Of a DNA stretch of 64,000 nt, positions 37,361 through 49,635 are shown piece after piece. The stretch's first letter is position 1. Every line of letters begins with the position of its first letter. Both the position numbers and the translations under genes were made by a program. The stretch lies in contig OY969474.1 of assembly GCA_963700145.1 (NCBI GenBank), positions 160,001 to 224,000 of the forward strand, written 5' to 3'. Source of the stretch: an uncultured Acidobacteriota bacterium. GTDB lineage: Bacteria > Acidobacteriota > Thermoanaerobaculia > Multivoradales > UBA5704. The notes beneath the pieces are model-generated. The model worked only from the letters and a program-made list of their open reading frames with translations, was not told the DNA's origin and ran no database searches.

Positions 37361-37921
37361 ATGATCCCGATCCTGGACCTCTGGTTGCCCATCGTGGTCG
37401 CCGCGGTGCTGGTCTTCGTGGTGAGCTCGATCCTGCACATGGCGCTCACCTACCACCGCCGCGACTACAAGCAGCTACCCAACGAGGGCGAGACGCTGGA
37501 GGGGCTGCGGCGCGGCGGCATCCCGCCCGGCTTCTACTTCTTCCCCTACGCGGCGGGCGCCAAGGAGATGGGCACGCCCGAGATGCAGGAGAAGTACCGG
37601 CAGGGCCCGATCGGGATCCTGATCGCGCGCCCGGCCGGGGCGCCGACGATGGGCAAGCACCTCGCGCTCTGGTTCGGCTACTGCCTGCTGGTGGGCATCT
37701 TCGTCGCCTACCTCGCCGGCCGCACCCTGCCGGCGGGCCTCGAGTACCTGGAGGTCTTCCGCTTCGCCGGCACCGTCGCCTTCCTGGCCTACGGCCTCGG
37801 CAGCATCGTCAACTCGATCTGGATGGGGGTGCCGTGGGGGAACACCCTGCGGGCGCTCATCGACGGGCTGATCTACGCTCTCCTCACCGCGGGCGTCTTC
37901 GGCTGGCTCTGGCCGAATTGA
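37361..37921 (+). CDS. Hypothetical membrane protein (about 4 TM)
   Basis: AAGGAGG RBS; hydrophobic segments; ends GWLWP. Confidence 0.75.
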   Translation: MIPILDLWLPIVVAAVLVFVVSSILHMALTYHRRDYKQLPNEGETLEGLRRGGIPPGFYFFPYAAGAKEMGTPEMQEKYRQGPIGILIARPAGAPTMGKHLALWFGYCLLVGIFVAYLAGRTLPAGLEYLEVFRFAGTVAFLAYGLGSIVNSIWMGVPWGNTLRALIDGLIYALLTAGVFGWLWPN

Positions 37922-37984
37922 CGGCGGCGGGACGCGCCGGGGCGTGTTTGCCCCGCCCCGGCCGCGCGTGAGAACCTAGCGGCC

Positions 37985-40690
<2,706 letters not shown>

Positions 40691-40783
40691 TCGCTCTCAA
40701 CTCTCGCTCAAGTCCCGCCGGGGCGCCGGCACGCCGCTGGCTAGGGTTTTTCGCGTCTAGCTCCGCGACGAGCCCCCGCCGGC

Positions 40784-41521
40784 ATGCTCAACTTCCTGCG
40801 CCGCATCCCCCTCTTCAGCGACCTCGAGGAGGTCGATCTCGCGCGGGTCCTCTCGGTCGCCCGCCTCGAGCGCTACGAAGCCGGCGAGCTCCTCTTCCGC
40901 GAAGGGGAGCCGGTGGACGCCCTCTACTTGGTGCGCGAGGGGACGGTGACCGTCTTCCGCGACGCCCCCGGCAAGCCGCAGCAGGTCCTGGCGCGCCTCC
41001 GCGAGGGCGGCTTCTTCGGCGAGATGGGCCTGCTCGAGCGGGTGCGCCGCGTCGCCTCCGCCCGTACCTCCTCCCCGACCACGCTCCTGCGCATCGACAA
41101 GGACGACCTCCTCTGCCTGCTGGCCGACAATCCGCCGCTCGAGCTGCGGCTGCGCAACGAGGTGATCCGCCGCCACGGACAGAACGTCACGGCGTCGCTG
41201 GGGGTGAAGCGGCAGGAGGACGTGCGCATCCGGCTGGGCATCGAGATCGAGGCCGTCCTGCCGGACGGTGCGCGGCTGCCGCTGCGGCTCGAGAACCTCT
41301 CGGCCGGCGGCCTCGGCGTCACCGGCGCGCCGGAGGCCTGGCGGCCGGAGACGCCGGTGCGCTTCGGCTTGGCGCCGCCCGGAGAGCCCGCGATCCTCGC
41401 GGTGAACGGAACGGTCTCCTGGCGCGAAGGTGAGCAGGCCGGGATCGCCTTCGCCGCCCCGTCGCAGCAGCTCACCGAGAAGGTCCACCGCGCCCTCCGC
41501 CGCCTGCTGGCGCAGGGCTGA
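40784..41521 (+). CDS. cNMP-binding + PilZ-like domain protein
   Basis: LFREGE..LYLV..G, GFFGEMGLL, R.ASAR; C-terminal RQEDVR / ENLSAGG. Confidence 0.8.
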   Translation: MLNFLRRIPLFSDLEEVDLARVLSVARLERYEAGELLFREGEPVDALYLVREGTVTVFRDAPGKPQQVLARLREGGFFGEMGLLERVRRVASARTSSPTTLLRIDKDDLLCLLADNPPLELRLRNEVIRRHGQNVTASLGVKRQEDVRIRLGIEIEAVLPDGARLPLRLENLSAGGLGVTGAPEAWRPETPVRFGLAPPGEPAILAVNGTVSWREGEQAGIAFAAPSQQLTEKVHRALRRLLAQG

Positions 41522-41530
41522 GGGGACTGT

Positions 41531-42286
41531 CTAGGCGACGCCCAGGATCCAGCCTTCGAGGAGAGCGCGCTCCTTCTCGTCGGGGGAGAGCGCCGGCGTG
41601 AAGTAGGGGCGGAGGAGGTCGAGCAGGTCGCGCTCCTGGAGCCAGGCGCAGATGGCGTAGGCGTCGTGCGCCTCGCGCTTCAATTCCTGATTCGGGTAGC
41701 GGTGGCGCAGGCGCGCCGGGCGCACCTCGGCGACGAGCGAGCGCCCCTCCGGCACCTCCCAGCCGTCGAAGGGCCAGAAGTGGACGCGGTCGCCGGCGCG
41801 CCGGAGGTAGTCGAGCCAGGGGAGCCCGGCGTGCGTCGCCTTGGCGCGGCTGTCGAGCGTGTCGAAGCGGAAGACGCCGGTGGGGAAGGCGCTCCAGCGG
41901 CCGGTCAGGCGGTGCTCGTCGGGGTCGCCGGAGCGCGGGTTGCCGGGGAGGAGCTCCCGCACCGTCGACTCGTGGGTCGGCCAGTGCCCCTCGAAGTCGG
42001 CCAGGAACTCCTCCCAGCTCTTGAGGTTGTGGCGGTCCATGTAGCTCTGCGGGAAGGAGAAGGCGTGGTCGAGCCCGACCGCGACCGGCCCCTCCTCGCG
42101 GATCTTCCAGAGCAGCCACTCCGCCAGCTCGCGCCGGCTCCAGCGGCCGCCCGCGTCGTCGTGGTTGAGCTCGTGGTACGGCTCGTGGTCCTCGCGGGCG
42201 GCGAAGACCTGGATCTCGCGCAGGCGGTCGCCCGGGTCCTTGCGCCCCGAGTAGCGGATGCCGATGTACTGCCCGAAGCCGGCCAT
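41531..42286 (-). CDS. DUF429-like (RNase H-fold) hypothetical protein
   Basis: YIGIRYSG, GLDHAFSFP, HFWPFDG, AEVRP, HDAYA, EGWILG. Confidence 0.6.
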   Translation of the reverse strand: MAGFGQYIGIRYSGRKDPGDRLREIQVFAAREDHEPYHELNHDDAGGRWSRRELAEWLLWKIREEGPVAVGLDHAFSFPQSYMDRHNLKSWEEFLADFEGHWPTHESTVRELLPGNPRSGDPDEHRLTGRWSAFPTGVFRFDTLDSRAKATHAGLPWLDYLRRAGDRVHFWPFDGWEVPEGRSLVAEVRPARLRHRYPNQELKREAHDAYAICAWLQERDLLDLLRPYFTPALSPDEKERALLEGWILGVA

Positions 42287-42364
42287 GACTGCGGCGATGC
42301 TATCAGCGGGCGCCGCGCCGCCCGGCGCGCGTAGAATCCGCGCGCACCTTCCCAAGGAGCCCGC

Positions 42365-44842
42365 ATGCGCCGATCGCTGCACCTGCTGCCGCTCGCCCTG
42401 CTGCTCGCCGCCGCGCCGCACCGCGCCGCCGCCAACGGCCCGACCGCCGCGCCGGAGTACGACCTCGTCGTCCGCGGCGGCACGATCTACAACGGCCTCG
42501 GCGGCGAGCCCTACGCCGGCGACGTCGCGGTGCAAGGCGACCGCATCGCCGCGGTCGGGCCGCTGCCGGCCGGCGCGAAGGGGAAGCTCGAGGTGGACGC
42601 CCGCGGCCTCGCCGTCGCCCCGGGCTTCATCAACATGCTCTCCTGGGCGACCGAGTCGCTGCTGGTCGACGGCCGCGGCCAGAGCGACATCCGCCAGGGG
42701 GTGACGCTGGAGGTCATGGGCGAGGGCGGCTCGATGGGGCCGCTCAACGCGGCGATGAAGAAGGAGGGGCTCGAGCAGATGGGCGACCTCAAGTACGAGA
42801 TCGCCTGGACGACCCTCGGCGAGTACCTCGAGCACCTGGAGCGGCGCGGCGTCTCACCGAACGTCGCCTCCTTCGTCGGCGCGACCACCGTGCGCGTCCA
42901 CGAGCTGGCCTACGAGGACCGGCCGCCGACGGCCGAGGAGCTGGCGCGCATGCAGGAGCTGGTGCGCCGGGCGATGGAGGAGGGGGCGCTGGGGGTCGGC
43001 AGCTCGCTCATCTACGCCCCCGCCTTCTACGCCTCGACCGACGAGCTGGTGGCGCTCGCCGAGGTCGCCGGCCGCCACGGCGGCATCTACATCTCGCACA
43101 TGCGGAGCGAGGCCAACCGCCTGCTCGAAGCGCTCGACGAGCTGATCGCGATCGCCCGCCGGGCGCAGCTCCCGGCCGAGATCTACCACTTGAAGGCCGC
43201 TGGCAAGCCCAACTGGGGCAAGCTCGACGGCGTGGTCAAAAAGGTCGAGGAGGCGCGCGCCGCCGGCCTCGCCATCACCGCCGACATGTACACCTACACC
43301 GCCGGGGCGACCGGCCTCGACGCGGCGATGCCGCCGTGGGTGCAGGAGGGCGGGCTCCAGGCCTGGATCGGGCGCCTCAAGGACCCGGCGACGCGCGAGC
43401 GGGTGGCGCGCGAGATGGCGGCGCCGACCGATGAGTGGGAGAACTTCTACGTCGCCGCCGGCCCGGAGCAGATGCTCCTCGTCTCCTTCCGCAACGAGGC
43501 GCTCAAGCCGCTGACCGGCAAGACCCTCGCCGAGGTGGCGAAGCTGCGCGGCAAGTCGCCGCAGGAGACGGCGATGGACCTCGTCATCGAGGACGACAGC
43601 CGCGTCGGCACGGTCTACTTCCTGATGTCCGAGGAGAACGTGCGGCGGCAGATCCGCGACCTCCCCTGGCTGAGCTTCGGCTCGGACGAGGCGGCGCCGG
43701 CCAACGAAGGCGTGTTCCTGAAGTCCCGCAATCACCCGCGCGCCTACGGCAACTTCGCGCGCCTCCTCGGCCGCTACGTGCGCGACGAGAAGCTCCTGCC
43801 GCTCCAGGAGGCGATCCGGCGGCTGACCTCGCTGCCGGCCACGAACCTGAAGCTCCGCGACCGCGGCACGCTGGCGCCCGGCTTCTACGCCGACCTCGTG
43901 GTCTTCGACCCGGCGAAGATCCAGGACCACGCCACCTTCGAGGACCCCCACCACTACGCCACCGGCGTGCGCGACGTCTGGGTCAACGGCGTCGCCGTGC
44001 TGCGCGGCGGCGAGCACACCGGCGCCACACCCGGGCGGGTGGTGCGCGGGCCGGGGTGGACAGGGTGGAAGGCGGTGGAGGAGGGGCTCCTCGCCGACCC
44101 CGACGCCCTCATCGGCCACGCGCGGCGCGCCGCCTACATGGGGCGCTACGAGCAGGCGATCGACCTCTACGGCCGCGGCGCCGAGCGCCACCCGCGCGAC
44201 CCGCGCTTCCTCCGCCACCGCGGCCACCGCTACATCACCCTGCGCCGCTTCGCCGACGCCGAGGCCGACCTGGCGCGCGCCGCGCAGCTCGCCGAGACCC
44301 GCCCGATCGAGGTCGAGCCGGACGGGATGCCCAACCCGCGCAACGTCCCGACCAGCACCCTGCAGGACAACATCTGGTACCACCTCGGGCTGGCGCGCTA
44401 CCTCCAGGGCGACTTCGCGGGGGCGCAGTCGGCCTTCCGCACCGGGCTCGGGGTGGCGACGAACGACGACATGCGGGTGGCGACCACCTACTGGCTCTGG
44501 AACACCTCGCGGCGGCTGGGCCTCGAGGACGACGCCCGCGCGCTGCTCGACCCCATCCGCGCCGACCTGCCGGTCATCGAGAACCACGCCTACCATCGCC
44601 TCCTGCTGCTGTTCAAGGGCGAGGCGACGCCCGACGCGCTCCTCGCCGAGGCGCGGCAGGGGGGCGAGCTGGACGGGGCGACGGTCGGCTACGGCGTCGG
44701 CAACTGGCACTTCGTCCAGGGCCGGCGCGACGAGGCGGCGCGCGTCTGGCGCGAGGTCGTGGCCGGCGGCCCGCGGGCGGCCTTCGGGTTCATTGCCGCC
44801 GAGGCCGAGCTGGCGCGGCTCGCGGAGGAGAAGGCACGATAG
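42365..44842 (+). CDS. N-acyl-D-amino-acid deacylase fused to a C-terminal TPR region
   Basis: YDLVVRGG, SHMRSE, HPRAYGNF, ADLVVFDP, TPGRVVRGPG, then about 250 aa of TPR-like helices. Confidence 0.85.
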   Translation: MRRSLHLLPLALLLAAAPHRAAANGPTAAPEYDLVVRGGTIYNGLGGEPYAGDVAVQGDRIAAVGPLPAGAKGKLEVDARGLAVAPGFINMLSWATESLLVDGRGQSDIRQGVTLEVMGEGGSMGPLNAAMKKEGLEQMGDLKYEIAWTTLGEYLEHLERRGVSPNVASFVGATTVRVHELAYEDRPPTAEELARMQELVRRAMEEGALGVGSSLIYAPAFYASTDELVALAEVAGRHGGIYISHMRSEANRLLEALDELIAIARRAQLPAEIYHLKAAGKPNWGKLDGVVKKVEEARAAGLAITADMYTYTAGATGLDAAMPPWVQEGGLQAWIGRLKDPATRERVAREMAAPTDEWENFYVAAGPEQMLLVSFRNEALKPLTGKTLAEVAKLRGKSPQETAMDLVIEDDSRVGTVYFLMSEENVRRQIRDLPWLSFGSDEAAPANEGVFLKSRNHPRAYGNFARLLGRYVRDEKLLPLQEAIRRLTSLPATNLKLRDRGTLAPGFYADLVVFDPAKIQDHATFEDPHHYATGVRDVWVNGVAVLRGGEHTGATPGRVVRGPGWTGWKAVEEGLLADPDALIGHARRAAYMGRYEQAIDLYGRGAERHPRDPRFLRHRGHRYITLRRFADAEADLARAAQLAETRPIEVEPDGMPNPRNVPTSTLQDNIWYHLGLARYLQGDFAGAQSAFRTGLGVATNDDMRVATTYWLWNTSRRLGLEDDARALLDPIRADLPVIENHAYHRLLLLFKGEATPDALLAEARQGGELDGATVGYGVGNWHFVQGRRDEAARVWREVVAGGPRAAFGFIAAEAELARLAEEKAR

Positions 44843-44853
44843 CGGCACCGGCG

Positions 44854-45405
44854 GTGGGCCTCTATCCGCGTGTCCTCGGCCCGGCGTGGGAGACGCTGGA
44901 CGAGGCGGTGCGGCGCATGCACACCGCCGGCGCGGGCAGTGCGGTGCGGGGGCTCTTCCGGGTGTGGCGCGGTCCCGGTCTCCCGGCGCGGGCGATCTGC
45001 CGGCTCGGGCGGCTGCCGCCGCCGGGTGAAGCGGTCGAGACCCGCCTCGTGGTCACCGGGGACGGCGAGCGGGAGATCTGGACGAGGAGCTTCGCCGGCC
45101 GGCCGCTGGTCAGCGACGAGCTCGCGGGCGGCGACGGGGTGCTTGTCGAGAGGGTGCCGCCGATCGAGCTGCAATTCCGGCTGGAGGCGCAGGCAGGCGC
45201 GCTCCACTTCCGGCAGGTGGGGGCGGCGCTGCGCTTCGCCGGCCTCCGCGTCCCCCTGCCGGCTTTCCTCGCGCCGCAGGCGACGGCGCGTGAGACGCCC
45301 GCCGGCGGCGGCGCTATCCGCGTGGAAGTGGCGGTGCGCGCGCCGCTGCTCGGACCGATCTTCGGCTACGAAGGGACTGTCGAGCTCACCAAGGGAACGC
45401 CATGA
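44854..45405 (+). CDS. DUF4166-like protein (start uncertain)
   Basis: LYPRVLG..W..L...VRRMH, EIWTRSF, P..G..FGYEG. Confidence 0.7.
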   Translation: MGLYPRVLGPAWETLDEAVRRMHTAGAGSAVRGLFRVWRGPGLPARAICRLGRLPPPGEAVETRLVVTGDGEREIWTRSFAGRPLVSDELAGGDGVLVERVPPIELQFRLEAQAGALHFRQVGAALRFAGLRVPLPAFLAPQATARETPAGGGAIRVEVAVRAPLLGPIFGYEGTVELTKGTP

Positions 45406-45986
45406 GGACCGCGCTCTGGATGCTGGCGCTGCAAGGAGTGATCGGGGCCTTCGACACCGTCTACTACCACGAGTGGCGGGCGCGGCTGCCGGCGCGCGGC
45501 CGGGCGATGGCCGCCGAGCTGCACCTGCACGCCGCGCGCGACGTCTTCTACGCCGTGCTCTTCGGCACGCTCCCCTGGATCGCCTGGCAGGGGCTCTGGG
45601 TCGCGGCGCTCGTCGGCGTCCTCGTGACCGAGATCGTGCTCACCCTCTGGGACTTCGTCGTCGAGTCGTTCGTGCGCAAGCCGCTCGGCGACGTCTACCC
45701 CGGCGAGCGCGTCACCCACGCCGTCATGGGCATCCTCTACGGCGGCATGCTCGCCTACCTGCTGCCGACGCTCCGCGCCTGGTGGCGGCTCCCCACCGCG
45801 CTGGTCTTCGCGCCGGCGGACGTCCCGGCGCTCCTGCGCTGGGCGCTCACCGCCATGGCCGCCGGCGTCTTCCTCTCCGGGATGCGCGACCTCTACGCCG
45901 CCTCCGGCGCGCCGCGCGGCGGCTGGCCCTGGCCGGCCGTCGCCGCTACCCCTCCGCCGCCAGCCGCGCCAGCGGCTCGCCGCTGA
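45402..45986 (+). CDS. Hypothetical membrane protein
   Basis: QGVIGAFDTVYYHE, LHAAR, EIVLTLWDF, ERVTH; ATGA coupled to the DUF4166-like gene. Confidence 0.75.
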   Translation: MRTALWMLALQGVIGAFDTVYYHEWRARLPARGRAMAAELHLHAARDVFYAVLFGTLPWIAWQGLWVAALVGVLVTEIVLTLWDFVVESFVRKPLGDVYPGERVTHAVMGILYGGMLAYLLPTLRAWWRLPTALVFAPADVPALLRWALTAMAAGVFLSGMRDLYAASGAPRGGWPWPAVAATPPPPAAPAARR

Positions 45987-46431
45987 GGCGGAAGACGATC
46001 CACTCGTCCATCGCCCGCGCCTCCAGGCCCTTGTAGAAGCGGATCGCCGTCTCGTTCCAGTCGAGCACCGCCCACTCCAGCCGGCCGCAGCCGCGCTCCA
46101 CCGCCAGGCGGGCGAGGTGGACGAGGAGCGCCCGGCCGACGCCCTTGCCGCGCGCCTCGGGGCGGACGTAGAGGTCCTCGAGGTAGATCCCCGGCTGCGC
46201 CAGGAAGGTGGAGTAGTTGGGGAAGAAGAGCGCGAAGCCGAGCGGCTCGTCGCCCTCGTAGGCAAGCACCACCTCCGCGCAGGGCCGCGGGCCGAAGAGC
46301 GTGCGGCGGAGCTTCTCCTCGGTCGCCGTCACCGCGTCGAGGAGGCGCTCGTACTCGGCCAGCTCGCGGATGAAGCGGTGGACGAGCGGCAGGTCCGCCT
46401 CGACGGCGGGGACGATACGGAGGTCGGGCAT
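45946..46431 (-). CDS. GNAT acetyltransferase, SSAT/diamine acetyltransferase-like
   Basis: IRELAEYER, NYSTF..GIYLEDLYVRP..RGKG, VLDWNETAIRFY. Confidence 0.92.
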   Translation of the reverse strand: MPDLRIVPAVEADLPLVHRFIRELAEYERLLDAVTATEEKLRRTLFGPRPCAEVVLAYEGDEPLGFALFFPNYSTFLAQPGIYLEDLYVRPEARGKGVGRALLVHLARLAVERGCGRLEWAVLDWNETAIRFYKGLEARAMDEWIVFRLSGEPLARLAAEG

Positions 46432-46446
46432 CGATTGGATCGGCGC

Positions 46447-47268
46447 TTACGCGACGATGCGACGATATCGCGCCTCGACGACCGAGTAGACGCCGAAGGC
46501 GATGAGCCCGAGCGCCACGAGGCCGAGGAGCGCCGGGCCGTAGGGCTGCCGTTCCAGCGCCTCCAGCGCGCCGCCGAAGCCGTGCGCCCGCGAAGGGTCG
46601 TAGCGCAGCGCCGCCTGCACCAGGAAGAGGCCGACGAGGCAGAAGACGGAGCCGCGGGCGGCGATGCCGAAGCGGCCGGCGCGCACCGTCCAGCGCTGCT
46701 CGGCCGGGCTCATCTCGGCGAGGCGGAGGTAACGCTTGAAGGTCTGCCGGACGGCGCGGTAGAGCTGGACGATGCCGCCGATCAGGACCCCGATCCCGAC
46801 CGCCGCCAGCAGCCACCGCCCGAAGGGCCAGGCGAGGAGCGTCGCCGACCAGCTCCGCGCCTGCTGGTCGCCGCTGCTGCTCGCGGCGGCCTCGTCGATG
46901 CGCCCCTGCATGGCCGCCCACGCCGCGGCGCAGGCGAGCGCCCCGTAACCGAGGCCGCCGCCGAAACGCGCGGCGCGCTTGCGCAGGCCGACGAGATCGC
47001 GCCCCAGCCGCGCCGGGTCGAAGATCGCCTCGACGAAGCGCCACGTGGCGTAGCCGGCGATGCCGGCGACGATCAGCCAGAGGAGCAGCCGGCTGAACTG
47101 GCCGGCCTCGGCGACCGCCCCTTTGGGGCCGGTCGTCTCGCCGCCGATCCCCAGCGCCTCCTGCAGCGCCAGGACGCCGATCAGGACGTAGACGACGCCG
47201 CGCGCGACGTGCCCGAAGCGCGCCCAGCGCTCGATCCAGGCGCGGACCTCCGCGGTTTCGATCTCCAT
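46447..47268 (-). CDS. DUF1206 membrane protein
   Basis: ARFGHVARGVVY, GRFGIAARG, GGALEAL..QPYG, ARYRR. Confidence 0.85.
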   Translation of the reverse strand: MEIETAEVRAWIERWARFGHVARGVVYVLIGVLALQEALGIGGETTGPKGAVAEAGQFSRLLLWLIVAGIAGYATWRFVEAIFDPARLGRDLVGLRKRAARFGGGLGYGALACAAAWAAMQGRIDEAAASSSGDQQARSWSATLLAWPFGRWLLAAVGIGVLIGGIVQLYRAVRQTFKRYLRLAEMSPAEQRWTVRAGRFGIAARGSVFCLVGLFLVQAALRYDPSRAHGFGGALEALERQPYGPALLGLVALGLIAFGVYSVVEARYRRIVA

Positions 47269-47293
47269 GCGGCCGGGCAGAGCACATTGCATG

Positions 47294-47383
47294 CCCGCCC
47301 ACCCAGATCCTTCGCTACGCTGCGCTCCGCTCAGGATGACATGCCATCGTCATCCTGAGCGCAGCGAAGGATCTGGGGGCGGG
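47294..47383. repeat. REP/BIME-like element, copy 3
   Basis: CCCAGATCCTTCGC..GCTCAGGATGAC ... GTCATCCTGAGCGCAGCGAAGGATCTGGG. Confidence 0.85.
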
Positions 47384-47445
47384 AATGACGGATCGCGGGT
47401 GGACGGCGCCGCAGTGCTGGTGTACCGTCCTCCGACCCTCGCCGT

Positions 47446-49635
47446 ATGTCCATCCCCGCAACAAGTCCCCGTTGGGTGGTATTGAAGCTCGGCGCCGCCG
47501 CCTTCTCGACGCCGGAGCGCCGCCGCGCGGCGGCGGCGGTCGCGCGCGAGCGGCGCGCCGAAGGCCTGCGCCCGGTCGTCGTGCTGCCCGAGGGAACGCG
47601 CGCGGACGACGCCGCGGAGGTCGCCCCCGAAGCGCTCCCGACCGAAGGCTCCGACCTTCTCGCCGCCCGCCTCGCCACCGCGCTCGGCGCCGTCCGCTGC
47701 GAGGTCTGGGGCGAGGCGCCCGGCTTCTTTACCGCCGACCCCGCGCTCCTCCCCTCGGCGCGCCTGCTGCGGGCCCTCGACTACGAGGAGGCGCAGGAGC
47801 TGGCGGCGGCCTCGGCGGCGCCGCTCGTCCATCCCGGCGCGCTGCCGGTCCTCGCCCGCGCCGGCGTGCCGCTCCACGCGCGGTCGATCGACCAGCCGGC
47901 GCTGCCGGGGACGGTCGTCTCGGCCGCCTCGCCCGCCGCCGACCCGCAGGTCAAGGCGATCGCCGTCCGGCGCGGCATCACGCTGGTCTCGATGGAGACC
48001 GCCGGCATGTGGCGCGAGGTCGGCTTCCTGGCCGACGTCTTCGCCCGCTTCGCCCGCCACGGCGTCTCGGTGGACGCCGTCTCCTCCTCGGAGACCAACG
48101 TCACCGTCTCGCTCGATTCCTCCGGCGGCGCCCTCGACGCCGCCGCGCTCGACGCCCTCCTCGACGACCTGCGCCGCCGCTGCGAGGCGCGGGCGATCGG
48201 CCCCGCCGCGGCGCTCTCGCTCGTCGGCCGCGGCATCCGCGCCATCCTCCACGAGCTGGCGCCGGTGCTGGAGCTGTTCGCCGAGCTGAAGGTCCACCTC
48301 CTCAGCCAGTCGGCCAGCGACTTGAACCTCACCGTCGTCGTGGACGAGGAGGAAGCCGAGCGGCTGGCCCGGGACCTCCACGGCCTCCTCTTCCAGCACA
48401 CGACCGAGGGCGCCCTCTTCGGCCCCACCTGGGAGGAGCTGCACACCCGGCGCCGCGGGCGCGGCGGGCGCGCCGCGACCGGCCGCGAGATCGCCGGCGC
48501 CGCCGCCCCCTGGTGGGCGGAGCGCCGCGCGGAGCTCCTCGCCCTCGCCGCCGAGCGCGGGCCGCTCTACGTCTACAACTCTGCGGGATTGGAGGCGGCG
48601 GCGCGCTCGCTCCTGGCGCTCCGCGCCGTCGATCGCGTCTTCTACGCCGTCAAGGCGAACTGCCACGCCGGCGTCCTCGCCCTCTTCGCGCGGCTGGGGC
48701 TCGGCTTCGAGTGCGTCTCGGCGGCCGAGCTGGAGCACGTCCGCGCCGTCGTGCCCGGGCTCGACCCCGGGCGTCTCCTCTTCACCCCCAACTTCGCGCG
48801 CCGCGAGGAGTACGAGCAGGCGCTCGGGGCGGGCGTGCGGGTGACGGTCGACAACCTCCACCCACTGGCCGCCTGGCCCGAGCTGTTCGCCGGGCGCGAG
48901 CTCCTCCTGCGCCTCGACCCCGGGCGCGGCCGCGGCCACCACGCCCACGTCCGCACCGCCGGCGCGCAGTCGAAGTTCGGCTTGTCGCAAGGCGAGCTGG
49001 GCCGCTTGGCGCCGCTCCTGGCGCGGACCGGCGCCCGCGTCGTCGGCCTCCACGCCCACGCCGGCAGCGGCATCCGCGCCGCCGAGGCCTGGGAGGAGAC
49101 CGCCGCCTTCCTCGCCGCGGCGGCGGCACGCTTCCCGGAGCTGCGCGCGCTCGACGTCGGCGGCGGCCTCGGCGTGCCGGAGAAGCCCGGCCAGCGGCCG
49201 CTCGACTTGGCCGCGTTCGACGCCGGCCTCGGGCGCGTCAAGGCGGCGAACCCGAACCTGGAGCTGTGGATCGAGCCGGGCCGCTACCTCGTGGCCGGCG
49301 CCGGCGTCCTCCTGGCGCGCGTGGCGCAGGTCAAGAAGAAGGGCGGGGTCGTCTGGGTCGGCCTCGAGACCGGCATGAACTCGCTCATCCGGCCGGCGCT
49401 CTACGGCGCCTACCACCCGATCGTCAACCTCACGCGCCTCGACGAGCCGGCGACCTTGACCGCCCACGTCGTCGGGCCCATCTGCGAGACCGGCGACGTG
49501 CTCGGCCGCGCCCGCCGCCTGGCGCCGGCGGCCGAAGGCGACGTCTTCCTCATCGCCAACGCCGGCGCCTACGGCCGCGTGATGAGCTCGCGCTACAACC
49601 TCAGGGAGCCGGCGGGGGAGTGGCTGCTGGCGTGA
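47446..49635 (+). CDS. lysA: Aspartokinase-ACT / diaminopimelate decarboxylase fusion with a degenerate kinase domain
   Basis: C-terminal YAVKAN (PLP Lys), SKFG, HAGSG, DVGGG, EPGRY, GPICETGD, AGAYG; ACT domains GFLADVF..VD.VSSSETN. Confidence 0.88.
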   Translation: MSIPATSPRWVVLKLGAAAFSTPERRRAAAAVARERRAEGLRPVVVLPEGTRADDAAEVAPEALPTEGSDLLAARLATALGAVRCEVWGEAPGFFTADPALLPSARLLRALDYEEAQELAAASAAPLVHPGALPVLARAGVPLHARSIDQPALPGTVVSAASPAADPQVKAIAVRRGITLVSMETAGMWREVGFLADVFARFARHGVSVDAVSSSETNVTVSLDSSGGALDAAALDALLDDLRRRCEARAIGPAAALSLVGRGIRAILHELAPVLELFAELKVHLLSQSASDLNLTVVVDEEEAERLARDLHGLLFQHTTEGALFGPTWEELHTRRRGRGGRAATGREIAGAAAPWWAERRAELLALAAERGPLYVYNSAGLEAAARSLLALRAVDRVFYAVKANCHAGVLALFARLGLGFECVSAAELEHVRAVVPGLDPGRLLFTPNFARREEYEQALGAGVRVTVDNLHPLAAWPELFAGRELLLRLDPGRGRGHHAHVRTAGAQSKFGLSQGELGRLAPLLARTGARVVGLHAHAGSGIRAAEAWEETAAFLAAAAARFPELRALDVGGGLGVPEKPGQRPLDLAAFDAGLGRVKAANPNLELWIEPGRYLVAGAGVLLARVAQVKKKGGVVWVGLETGMNSLIRPALYGAYHPIVNLTRLDEPATLTAHVVGPICETGDVLGRARRLAPAAEGDVFLIANAGAYGRVMSSRYNLREPAGEWLLA

